64,000 bases of DNA from Anthoceros angustus. Lineage: Eukaryota; Plantae; Anthocerotophyta. The notes beneath the pieces are model-generated. The model did not search any database. It was given only the letters and a program-made list of their open reading frames with translations, and had not been told where the DNA came from. The stretch's first letter is position 1. Every line of letters starts with the position of its first letter. The stretch is taken from positions 248,001 through 312,000 of the forward strand of contig VJWM01000187.1 in assembly GCA_010909165.1 (NCBI GenBank). The letters run 5' to 3'. Positions 46,347 through 58,200 of this stretch are shown here, one piece after another. Both the position numbers and the translations under genes were made by a program.

Positions 46347-49161
46347 GTTTGGGTGCTTGTAAGTAGACACTTTCCCAAACAAAAAAGACACAATGAAATT
46401 AGGTCGACCTTGTTTAAAAAGTGCTTGTTTGAAAAGCTAGGGCTTTTTAGAAACTAAGGCTTGTTTGAAACTAGGTCCTGTTTGAAAAGCTAGAGGTTGT
46501 TTGGAAAACTAGGGTATGTGTGAAAAATTAGGGTCTGTTTAGGGGAGGTCTACACATATCTACTAGTTGTATATAGATACCTATGTATTCTAATAAAAGT
46601 TGAAATTTGATTAAATTATTTTTCATAAATATTGAAATTTGGAACATATAAATATTTATGTTGAACCTTATATTTTTCAAAAAATAATTATTTTGGCATT
46701 ACCCTGTTGAACCACCCCTCGAGGTACGGTAGTGTCTACTTTCGAGAATGCGTATTCATTGTTCTTTAAAGACCTCCTGTTAACAATTAGGTTTCTAAGC
46801 ATAAGAAATGCAAAAAACCACCTTATCAATTCAAGAGATGCATGACATCGTCCTTTAAGGTCTGTATAGTTTTATCACACATTCTTCAACACATATTAAG
46901 GGTTAAAGGTATGTATAGTTTTATCACACATTGTTCAAGACATATTATGCATATAAACGTAGAGTAGTATTTATGTGTGAAGAATAGACGTTATTAATAA
47001 ATGAGATGGGGAATCCCATCTACCCTAGATCGAGGAGGAACAACCCAAAAGGGCTAAAAGTAAGGGAAGTCCTAGTCCCTCGAATGCCTTTCCGTAACTA
47101 CCTACTACACCAAAGATATAATGATCGGGGATGATGAAGGGCCTACCTACCACGGTGCCGGAAGAAGCCGCTAGTCTTGCGCATGTAGCCGTCCTATAAA
47201 CAGCGTTAGCCGGTAGCTACGCCAGCTATGGAAATCCAGCGAAAGAAAGCCACGGAGGTTTCAAGGAGGCCCTCCAATTCTTGTGGTGATAGGCTTTTGC
47301 ACACTCCTTAATTAACCTCCCATGTGCATTCTCCTTTGTAGGAACCAAGTGGATTCCCATTTGATCACTATTAATAACTAGTTCGGTGGAATATCATAAG
47401 CTATAAGCTACTCTATATGCCATCATCCTTCCTTCATCATCCCAAGTCTCCGGGAGCTTAAAAGCTGCAGTGGTAGGTGCTCGATAGAACCATGAGAGTT
47501 CTTTTTTCATGAACTTCCTTGTCCAATCAATGCTAACCTCGAAAGTTCTGTTTCCAATGAGTTCAGGTGCTCTAGCTTGAATTATGCCCCTCAGCATGGG
47601 TTGGACAAGAGGGGCATTGATTGCTTCCCCCTCATCCCTCAAGGTTCTCAAGAAATCGCCAAACTCCTTTCTCAGATCAGGTCTATCTTCCAAAGGTCCA
47701 ATGTTGATAGTTGGCCCGGATGCTGCACTTTTACTAATTGCGCAGCTTCAACTCCCATGTCTTGAGTCAAACCAAGTGTATAAGGATCCACGTGTCAACT
47801 TGGTATATGGATTGTCCATCCCGGCTTTCCATGGGCTCTTAAGGTAATGCAATGCATTAGCAAAATTCCTATGCTTCAACACTTGCTTCTATAGGAGGCC
47901 ATAAATGGTCTTGAAACCATTAGTATAAGGACCTCTTTGTTTCTTGTGCGTATGCTCGACATCCTCATCCTCTTGCTTGATCCTCTTCATTGGTAGAAGA
48001 AGCTTCACATGTTGTCTTGCGAGGTCTTCCAATTGGTCGCTTCATAGGTGTCTCGAAACTTTTCATGTGAAGTCCCGGCTACACTTGTAGAAAGCAAGTG
48101 CACATCTTGTGCAATTTCAATCCTCTCCTCTCTCTCAATCTTACGAAATATGGTTGTTAGTATTGTTTATTTGTTGCCATGTTTGGGTGCTTGTAGTAGA
48201 CACTTTCCCAAACAAAAAGACACAATGAAATTAGGTTGACCTTGTTTGAAAAGTGCTTGTTTGAAAAGCTAGGGCTTTTTAGAAACTAAGGCTTGTTTGA
48301 AACTAGGCTTTGAAAAGCTAGAGGTTGTTTGGGAAACTAGGGTATGTGTGAAAAATTAGGGCTTGTTTAGGGAGGTCTACACATATCTATTAGTTGTATA
48401 TAGATACCTATGTATTCTAATAAAAGTTGAAATTTGATTAAATTATTTTTATAAATGTTGAAATTTTGAAATATAAATATTTATGTTGAACCTTATATTT
48501 TCAAAAATAATTATTTTGGCATTACCCTGTTGAACCACCTAAAGGTGCAGTGTGTCTACTTTCGAGAATGCGTATTCATTGTTCTTTAAAGACCTCACAT
48601 AACAATTAGGTTTCTAAGCATAAGAAATGCAAAAAACCACCTTATCAATTCAAGAGATGCATGACATCGTCCTTTAAGGTCTGTATAGTTTTATCACACA
48701 TTCTTCAACACATATTAAGGGTTAAAGGTATGTATAGTTTTATCACACATTGTTCAAGACATATTATGCATATAAACGTAGAGTAGTATTTATGTGTGAA
48801 GAATAGACGTTATTAATAGGCGAGATGGGGAATCCCATCTACCCCTGAAGATCGAGGAGGAACAACCCAAAAAGGGCTAAAAGTAAAAGGGGAAGTCCTA
48901 GTCCCCTCGAATGCCTTTCCCGTAACTACCTACTACACCAAAGATATAATGATCAGGGATGATGAAGGGCCTACCTACCACCGGTGCCGAAGAAGCCGCT
49001 AGTCTTGCGCATGTAGCCGTCCTATAAACAGCGTTAGCCAGCGCTTTCTGCATAGCTATGGAAATCCACTGGCGAAAGAAAGCCACCACGGAGGTTTCAA
49101 GGGGGAGGCCCCTCCAATTCTTGTGGCTGTGATAGGCTTTTGCACACTCCTTAATTAACCT
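45438..49161. repeat. Tandem ~1.87 kb duplication spanning the transposase 5' half, right TIR, minisatellite and LINE 3' end
   Basis: Units 45438-47311 and 47312-49154, with TTAACCT at each boundary. Confidence 0.85.
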
Positions 49162-51440
49162 TTTGCACACTCCTTGCCCATAGCCCCATGAGTCTTGAGG
49201 GCGAGGGGGATGAAAACATGGCCGTCTTGCATAAGAGAGTACTTGTGAGTCTTGCTGGTTGTGCATCCTTCCGCCGCCCAGCCCGGGGGGTTGATGATGA
49301 CATGCTCGCTTATAGAGTCTCTCGTGGAATCCGTGACAACCACATCAGCGATATAAATTTGCTCCCCCCTAGTATAAAAAAGCTCCGCCCTGAGTGACAC
49401 GCCATTACGCAACGTATATGGGCGCTCCTGGTACGGAAAAAATCCACTCTCCATAGTTATAAAAAACATGACGTCGCGAACGGCGTCATGCGTAGCAATA
49501 CGTTGCCCCCCCACGAGACAACGGGCCAAATGGGATCCGGAATCGTCGATGGCAGCTCCACAACTGCACATGGAAGGAGAAGAGGCCAGAGGATGAGCCA
49601 AACCGAGGCGGACCCTCATCGCAGTCGAAAAGGACGCTGGTGCGATTCGGAATGCCAGAATGCAAGGCCGAGCCAAAAGCCAGGAGCCTGCCCCCTTCCT
49701 GAATAGGAACGCAGGCGGGCCCGCGAAGACCTGGGAATGGAGGAGTCCAGAAGGAGGGCCCTTTTCGCTTGTAAATATTGCTTCTCCTGGAGAGAGGCTT
49801 GAAGGCCATGCAACCTTTCCTTAGAGAAAGAGGAAAAAGGAGGCATGGCTTCTCTAGCCTCTGAGGAAACGGAGTCCCTAGCCCGCCTAAGAGAGACCTG
49901 CAAGGGGAAGGCCCCTCCTCAACACTCGAGACGAAGGCTTCCAAGGGGAGTTCTGCAGAATCGAGAGGCCAAATTGGTAGAGGGCCCAACTCCCGAGGAA
50001 AGCTGCTGGAGCTGAGGTCTCCATGGCCAGCAAGCCAGTGCCTCCAAAGGCCACTGGCAATGATGCCTGTTTCCACGCCAATTCACCGTCGGTGCATTCG
50101 AAGGTGCCGGGACCTATAATGTCCCCAAGCGCCTGCATAACCTGCCTATCAAAATGCTTCAAGCTTGATAAAAAGGCCGGGGATGGAGCAACCATCTTAG
50201 TAAGATAACCTGGTCGACGCGCGAAGCAGGAAGACAAAGTACCAAACGCAACCTTAGGGTCCCCAATTTGTGAAAGGTCCCCAATGTGAGCCACGTCTTC
50301 TTCTAGAGCCACGTCCACAAACCCTTGAATAAAGTCAGGGGGACCTAGCGGAACTCCGAGGACCCGAAGCCCTTGCGGAAAAATAATATCCCCCCCTGGA
50401 TAGTGAAGAGGGGGTGTATTGCCGGAAGGGGACCACACTGTGCACTTATCGATCTTGACCCTTAATCCCATACGGGAGAGCTCCAAGGAGAAGAGATCAA
50501 AGGCAGCCCTCACCTTGTCCCCTGGCCCGAGGATATGGGTATCGGCAGCCACGGATGGGAAAAGGCACTCTCAAACTGTAGAGGCTGGGGAGGACAGCGC
50601 CTTGAAGTGCGCCATGGCGAAGAGGGCGCCTTCCAATGGATCCCCTTGCCTTGTGCCCGTCGCCGAGTGGAGAACCGAAACGCCTTCCGTAGCTAGACCA
50701 TGCTGATAATAGAGATTGGACGGAGAACCATAGAAGGAGCGAACAAATGGAATGAGGCCCGCTAGGTGCCCACCTGCGTCCTTGAGTTCCGAGAAAATGA
50801 CAGCCCTAGACATAGTGTTAGAGGCATTCTCGACATCTACCTGTAGAGCAACCCAATGTGGGTGAGACTCGAGGACCGCCTGGATACCAAAGGCCGCAGA
50901 CTCACAACCCCCTGGAGTGGTAATCCCAAATTGGTGGGGGCAAAGGTACTCTCGGAAGTGTTCCTGAAGTTGAATCACAATGCTACGGCTGATGAGGCGC
51001 AGGAACACCTCTCCGACAGCAATAGGGCACACCCCCGACGTAGGTTTCTCCAAAGCTAGTAACCTGCAAGCCCCCAAGACCTGGGAGATCCTGCGAGGGA
51101 TCTCGCCTCTGGCCACAGCCACCGCCAGAATGAAAAGCTCTGAAAAACCACTAGATGGATCCTTTGGGGAGAAATGATCTCGAAGGTGGTCATAAATTGT
51201 CCTTGACAGACCACCCGAGGAGAGTCTGGGGGGCAGTGGAGAAGGCCCGACCAAAGACCGCCCTGTCTAGACAAAAAAGCTCCTCGGGCACGAAGTCGAA
51301 GGTATCCTGTGGAATCTTTGTCCGAGGCGGATGAAGCGCAGGCCTGGCGATGGTGTCCTCGGAGATCGGCGCCACCGGCTCCGGGCGGAGAGCCCTAGCG
51401 GGCCGGCGTACTCACCATTCTGACCCAACATATGACACCT
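48820..51440 (-). mobile_element. 5'-truncated non-LTR retrotransposon with RT, C-terminal zinc knuckle and restriction-like endonuclease (CRE-clade-like)
   Basis: RT: HQFGITTPGGCE, VALQVDVENASN, TGTRQGDPLEGALF and AADTHILG. Zinc knuckle: CSCGxxxxxxxxHLARC. RLE-type region: IADVVVTD...SKTHKY...FIPLALKTHGAMG. Frameshifted. Confidence 0.82.
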
Positions 51441-51490
51441 TCGGAGACGCGCCTTACCATAGTTCGGACAAACATAGTGTCTATGTTGCC

Positions 51491-51780
51491 TTATCAAACA
51501 TTCTTCAACACATATTAAGGGAAGTGCCTATGTTACCTTATCAACCATCCTTCAACACATATTAAGGGTTTATATAGTTTTATCAAACATTCTTCAACAC
51601 ATATTAAGGGAAGTGCCTATGTTACTTTATCAACCATTCTTCAACACATATTAAGGGTTTGTATAGTTTTATCAAACATTCTTCAACACATATTAAGGGT
51701 TTGTATAGTTTTATCAAACATTCTTCAACACATATTGATGGTTTGTATAGTTTTATCAAACATTCTTCAACACATATTAT
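51491..51780. repeat. Minisatellite, seven copies of a 42-48 bp unit (core TTATCAAACATTCTTCAACACATATTAAGGG)
   Basis: Visible directly. The same unit occurs at ~46870-46950 and ~48690-48770 on the other side of the LINE. Confidence 0.9.
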
Positions 51781-52432
51781 GCATGCAAATGTAGGAGTAG
51801 TGCTTATGTTGCCTTCTTTCAATAGTACATCTTCATTGTTCTTCAAAAAACTCCATCATGCAGGATCTTAAAGACAACAAAAGGCCATAGGTGATATACT
51901 CCTTCGCCTACTCAGCCCATACATGTGTGGGCCCCTTAGTCTTTTAAAATAAGTATGACGTTGTAGAAGAGGTAGTGATCAATTGCCAATGGTAATCATA
52001 CTATCAAACTGGCACAACCTTCAAATTTTGCAACCTACTAGTAACCAACCTCATGATGTTACTAGTAACTGGCCTTACGATGTTTACGTTTGCAGAGCTT
52101 TAAACTCGAGAGCAAAAAGAATCTCCAAGGGTACCTAACCGAGGCCTGATCAAATTTGTAGCATGGTGGAGAGAACGTTTATTGAGATTTTAGATTATAT
52201 AATAAATATTATGAATAATATATGTAGCTATGATGTACTGCATTGTACAAAGAGAAACACAGCGCATGAAAGCTACGCTTTGCCGTTGCATTGGGGCGGC
52301 TGGCCGACTCGCCGACTCAAATGAAGAACCGAAGGACTGTGTAGGTACATATATGATGCCCAGCCGTCGGAGAGCTGTGATTGACGATTTGGAATTTCTA
52401 CGAATTGGCCAGGAATCCCGTCTCGAGCGACG

Positions 52433-54736
52433 ATGGAGTGTGCTGGGCATCAGCTGGGCGCATGTATTGGCCCGGCAAGCATCCGATGCGGGGCTTGCGG
52501 GGCGGTGCGATATTGTTCCCGTTCCCACCAGGTGCGTGTAGGCAAGAAAAGCAGGCAGTGGACTTTTCTGGCCCAGGTGTCTGAAGGATGGACTCTGCCG
52601 CAGAGGGCGCATTGGGTAGAGCATAGTGGGGACTGTGGACGCCTAGCGAAGCAGATGCAAGGGGCGGTGAGCTACAACGATTTTCCTTTCTCCTTCACAG
52701 AGGAAGCAACGTGGCTGGTATGAACGTCTTGTCTCCTGGCTGTCAGGCCTGCTTCTTGTCGGGCATGTTTTCTGTTCATCCGGTGCTTTTGGTGACTAGC
52801 CTCTGTAGGTTGACGCAGGCATGGTGACTAAGTGCTTGTTCCTGGAGCGGCGAGGGCTTCATGGTCTGGGGCTCTGGAGAGCTGAGTGTGAATGCTTCCA
52901 AGATGGTTGTGGTATGCTGCTGGTCCTTCTGTTGAGATCTGCGTGTTGAGACTGTGGTGGCCCTGCTTGAGCTTGTCAGTACAGTGAGGGCTTGCTCATA
53001 GTGGTATAGAGACACGCCTGGCATTTAACCATGGCTTGTGATGTCGAGTAACATCCCTCAGGAGTCTTGAAAGCAATTTGATGCATGATGCCTATACTCG
53101 GCGGATGTACTGGTGTGGTGTTACAACCTAATGCTGATCTTTTCTATGTGGACTGTTTGTTAGTATCTCACGGGCCGGCGGAACTGAACCATGATCATGA
53201 TTGGCTTCTGCCGTCCACCATGTGCCCTTGCACAAGTATGCGCTCAGCTGACCAATTTTGCCGAGTTTTTTTTTTTTTTCGCTTACACCGACACCTCTTT
53301 CAGCTTACTTTTCATGGTAGTTGGAGTGCAGATCCTTGCAATTCGACATCAGCTCCTCTGGCAAGTTGGATCGAATATTATAATTGGCGGCAACTTCCAC
53401 TAGAGTCTCCAGTGGCGTTGCTCCTCCACTGGGTAGGTCCTGCTCTGGTATTTGCATGCATGAAGTAACGTGTGTCTTGGAGGTACATGGGAAAATGACA
53501 GTCAGCTATCATGTGCTCTGCTTGTCGACTTGCTATCCTGCATGTCTGTACTCGTCAGTCTTATCATGCCTCTTTGTTTTTTCAGCCGCTCACCATCTAC
53601 CATGCTCTATCTTTCATCAGCTCTCAAAATCTTTTGAACCTGAGTGGGAAGTTACTGCGAATTCTCTACCTAGGTACAAGCTGCCTTGCTAGAAGGTGTT
53701 GAAGTTGAATTGCAGTGCTGTATGATGCGGGTGATGATGTGTTGTCATTCCTTCTATTACAGGCCCAGAGAGAGAGCTTAAACAGCTCACTGTTTTTGGT
53801 GAGTTAACAGCCCTTCTCCCTGGAGCGCATCTACATATCGATTTTGTTGGCCCTGCTATTCCTGCAACAAGGTACCTCTTGCTAGAAAATGCACAGCTTC
53901 TGCACTTCCCTTAGGAGTGAGAGTCCCCTGTTGTTGTTCCAGAGGCTGTTCCTGATGCTTATCCCTTATGGTTTAACTATGTGGCCTGAACTGACTTTGC
54001 AGAGATGGTGATCTTATAGCAATCCATGGGTTCCCAAGAGGTTTGGATGGAGACCGTGGGTGCAAGACAGCTCCCACTGAAGATCATTTACATAGTCCAA
54101 GTACACCAGCTAACGGTTCTTCACAGGGATCTCTACTTCTAAAGTTGTGGAAAGGGATGTACCACGACCGACATCTTGAACTGTCCAAGGTCGGCAAAAT
54201 TTTGAGATGCACCTCTTTGGCTTCTCTCTTCCTTTCCTCCTTGTAATCCTTTCTGTTTCCCAGGGATCTCGTCCGCACCTCATCCTAGCGGCAAATGCTG
54301 GCATTGCAGCCTTCTCAAGCTGGCGTCGCACAATTGTATGCACTTCTGGATGCTATACGTTATCATCTGAGACAGTTTTAGATTCCACTTTGCAACGAAT
54401 TGCTGCACAAAAGTTGAACTTCAAGTGGCTTGCTCACAGGAGTTAATTGTAGAAAGTGGGGTGCCTGCATTCTTCACGGACTACTGTGAAGAGGCAGGCT
54501 TTCTTGCACAAAAGTGTATACTGACCGTGTCTGGCAGCACCGTCAGCCATCCGGTAAGACCATCGGACACCGAGCTCCTGAAGCTCTTGCCGGTGCTATC
54601 GTGACAGTACTTCACTAATAGCTGCAACGTCTGACTGCAGGTGCAGCTGAATCCTTTTCGACAGCCCTTTGCAGCCGGTAACAACTGCCTGGAGGTGCCA
54701 ACCTATTCCAACTGTGTCATTTTTGGGGTCAACTGA
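52433..54736 (+). CDS. MYND zinc-finger / MSS51-like protein (multi-exon)
   Basis: ATG 52433 MECAG...RCGACGAVRYCSRSHQ (zf-MYND). Later exons give WIEYYNWRQLPLESPVALLLHW, PHLILAANAGIAAFSSW, FTDYCEEA and a last exon QLNPFRQP...YSNCVIFGVN* (TGA 54734-54736). GT-AG junctions are visible. Confidence 0.85.
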
Positions 54737-55204
54737 TCCGGGTTCTCAGGCAAGAGCGTCTGGACGTAAGAGTGCTGTTCCGTAAGAATGCGAGAGAAGT
54801 TATATGTGCTAGTAGCGTGAAGGCCCTCAAACTGAGGAAGTTCCTGGTGGCAAATGTGGGAAGCAATGTACAAACCACTGTAACTGTCTGTTCATGGGCG
54901 TCTAGGTGGCGACTATTATTTTCATGAACTCCTGACCGGAAAGGAAAATATCAATCAGTCGAGGGCTGGAAGCATACATTGTCCTGATGACAGCTGTGCT
55001 CAACCATTAAAAGGCGGACTATCTGACCTCTTTCTTGCCTATTCCTATGAGGATCTGTCCTCTTTTTGTGCTGGTATCCAGTGCATACATGTGCTGAGAG
55101 CCAAAACCCACCAAAAATAGTTTCTTATCTAAGGTCAAACAGGCTACAAAGTTCACATACCAGAAGGACTCTTAAATTCCCTGGAGAAGTCCAGAGTCCT
55201 TGAA

Positions 55205-58200
55205 TCAGGATTTCAAGAGCTCCAAAGTCGGCATTTTTCTAAAGGTCGGCATTGCTCCTTGAAATAGCATCTCTTGTAGCTCAGGGTTCGTCTGAACCAT
55301 GTGCTTGACAAATAGGTTGTGTAGACTAGCTTCGCTTTCAAGGCTAATGCCCTGTGCACTAAAAGTACAAGGCCCTGAGGTGAGGAAGTCGCTTAGTTTC
55401 TCAGGCGATACTGTCGACAAAGACAATTTTTTCCTCTTCAAAATGTCCTTGCAGTCTTCTGCATCCAAACATCCAATCACAAGATCCGATCCTTTCTCAA
55501 GTTTCCAGGTCTTGGCTTCATCTTCTACACTGTCCCACTTGTGTTCATAGTTGAGCGGACACGAGGCTTTCCGCAGCTCTCTTATCAAATGCTTCATCAT
55601 CACAATCTGAGTTTGCCGAAACTTGCATGGTAGTAGCTTTTGCACACAAGCTGGTCTGATCAGACCTTCTTCGAGCCCTGCACTAGACATTCGAAACTCG
55701 TGAGGATTCACACTAAGTAAGAGGACTCCTACCCATAACAATATGTTGGAGATCTAAACGCACCTTTTGTAGATTTCGAGAGCTTCTGAATGGGATTTCG
55801 TACATACTTGTGAATGAACGAGACAGTTTTTGTGTACAACCCCTTCGACCGGGCCATCACGTCTATAAACGAGCCCAATAATGCACCAAACTGCACCACT
55901 ACTTCCAGGGTATCTGTAACAATTCTGATCAAATTTGGCTCCAGTTCGACTATGGCCTCTGGGTAACGTCCATCAGTCTTCAGCTCTCCATCTCTCAAAA
56001 GCTCTAACTGCATGCAACAGCGGATCAGGCGCAGACAAGTAAGCTTTTGTCCAGACCATAGGGCACGACTCCTGAAAGGTCAAATGTTTATGGCTCATGT
56101 ACAACAACAATCGGGGGCTCCATGCTGGGAGACAATATTACAAAACGCTAGCCATGGCAGCCAGTCAACCAACCTGTAGTTGATGAAAAAAACTGTGTGT
56201 GATAAATGTGCGCACTTTGTCACGACTGACAAATCTGCGACCCACATAAATGCCAGGAAGATTCGTCTTCCAGCTCAACTCAGCTATGTTTGGGCTCTTG
56301 AGCGCCACAGGGATGAACAAGTAGGGTGACAAAGATTGATGATCACTCTTGTAACACAGTTTGAGGCACCTCAGAAGAATGACTCCGTCGTCTAGAGATT
56401 TCTCGGTGAAAAACCTTTCCACAGACATTTCCCGAACCAAGCCCTCAGATATTCTCAGTTCACCTGAATCTGCTTTTAACCAGTTAAGTAGCTGAGGGAT
56501 GACCTCGGTGATCAAATAATCAGGTTTAACCACAACTATCCTCCTGTACTCGAACTCTGTAAATAAGATAATCTCCCCGGCATCATGGAGGTGATAAAGC
56601 TGCAGAAAACAACCCCGTACGTTATCAGCCCACATTCTCTAATTAAGTAGAGCATGAGAGGCACAGCCCTACTGGAAGGAAAGGTGCCATGAATATCATG
56701 ATGCTACCAGAAATTTCTTAAAGTCACTATGTTCAAACACTAAGTCTCACGCACATCTGTGTCCAGAGACTGAAACATCAGTAACATGTGAGCCTGACAA
56801 CAGCTTACCTCCTCAGGGGGCCTTTCTTCATCTTCAAAGCTTATGTGGTTTTTCTCCATCCATTTTTGCAGCAATAGCCAGCAGGTATCGCCACTTGAAG
56901 GCTGTGCAAGCTTGAAGCATGCATGCGGTATGGCAGGAAGTTCCTGCTGGTACTCCTTCAGTTTCTCAACCACATCTGCCCTAACACGCTGCGCTGAGGA
57001 TTTGTCATGGACAAAGAATGCATCTTTTTCAACCGTCAAGACTTCCTCATATTTCCTGGCCAAAGTTTCTATATGCTTCCTCATGTCTGGCTCCAGATGA
57101 TCACTACCTGAGAATAAAATCCAAACAGTGGGAGCTAGTCTCGTTGGAGTAGTAATACTGGATGCAACAAACCGAAGCCAGTAACTGATCTCCTCTTTAA
57201 TTTCAGAAACGGTCTTCCCTTTCTTCACATCAGATGCCACACATACTATGAAGGACGTGGGGCTTCCTTCACTGCGAGCACGATTTGGCAACAGCAGCTC
57301 TGACTGGAAGCAGTTATAGATCTCATTCTCTGAAAAATTCCACAGCGACACTTTAATTTCATCGCTGTCTTCAAGGACGTGAATGCTCTTAGCAGATGTC
57401 GATGACAGACTTCTGGTGAAGGGCCATTTCCGTAACTGAGTGGATGACTGATGGGCCAGACGACCGAAAGTCTCATCCTTTCCTGCAGCAAACAATTCCA
57501 AACTGTTAATAACCATCCAGTCATCATCTACTAGCGCTGCTGAATAGCCTCAACCAAATTAGAGAACAAGGTCTCAACAAGTTTCATTATACAGAGAGAT
57601 TGGAATAAGCAGTGAACTAGATAACAGTCGTGTTGCACAAAAGCTTGCCTGAGTCTGGATGGCCACAAAGAATAATTCTTGCAAACAACTTGGTTTTGCC
57701 GGGGGCTGCAAGGCTGGGGTCTGGAGGGTTCAGCATGGATGGGGACCTGAATGATGGTGATAAGTTCTCTAGCGTCAGGGGAACCTCTACCCTGACCACC
57801 CAAGACTGACGGAACTTATCGCGTGCTTTTAAACTATCGAAAACTTTAGCAGCTTCCAGGCAACCACACAAGCGTAGAAACCGCAAGCTGGGAGATGTAT
57901 TTTGCTCCAGTGCCTCGAAAAGTCCTTCCAAGTCGTCTTGTTCCCAGGAGTGCTCAATATTCATCAGTGTAAGCTCGTGCAGGGAGTGATTGTGTTGTAC
58001 CATCCTCCTGATCTCCTGTGCCCCATTGCCACCTGATAAGTCAAAAGCAATTTTCAGTTGAAGCAGGAACATACTCATTAAGCTTCCACAGATGCCAGAT
58101 CCCTACCCGCTACGCTCCTGTCAGAAAGTGCGCCTTCGGAAGGACAGTTGACTCAAACAGCAAGACTGAGCAAGTACCTTCTGCTTTTCGTGCAAATCCC

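Larger units (their letters stand above)
40306..46729 (-). mobile_element. Tc1/mariner-superfamily pogo-like DNA transposon carrying a captured host gene fragment
   Basis: TIRs TCATACCCCGAGGGGTGGTTC (40306-40326) and GAACCACCCCTCGAGGTACGG (46709-46729), each flanked by TA. Encloses a DDE_1 transposase on - and Leo1 exons on +. Subterminal GCTTGTTTGAAA repeats at ~46400-46530. Confidence 0.8.

Noticed and set aside
46709-46740. CACTA-type transposon end (CACTA appears on the minus strand at ~46730-46734)
   Set aside because: The encoded protein is a pogo DDE_1 transposase, the TIRs are flanked by TA, and the left end lacks CACTA.
1-49200. Treating every frameshift in this region as true pseudogenisation
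   Set aside because: Indels are mostly 1-3 bp deletions that differ between otherwise near-identical copies, while unique genes (RPL10A, MSS51-like) read cleanly, which points to consensus error.
51491-51780. CRISPR-like array (constant 31-bp core with variable spacers)
   Set aside because: Spacers are only 11-17 bp and are themselves repeated, there are no cas genes, and the context is eukaryotic. It is a minisatellite.
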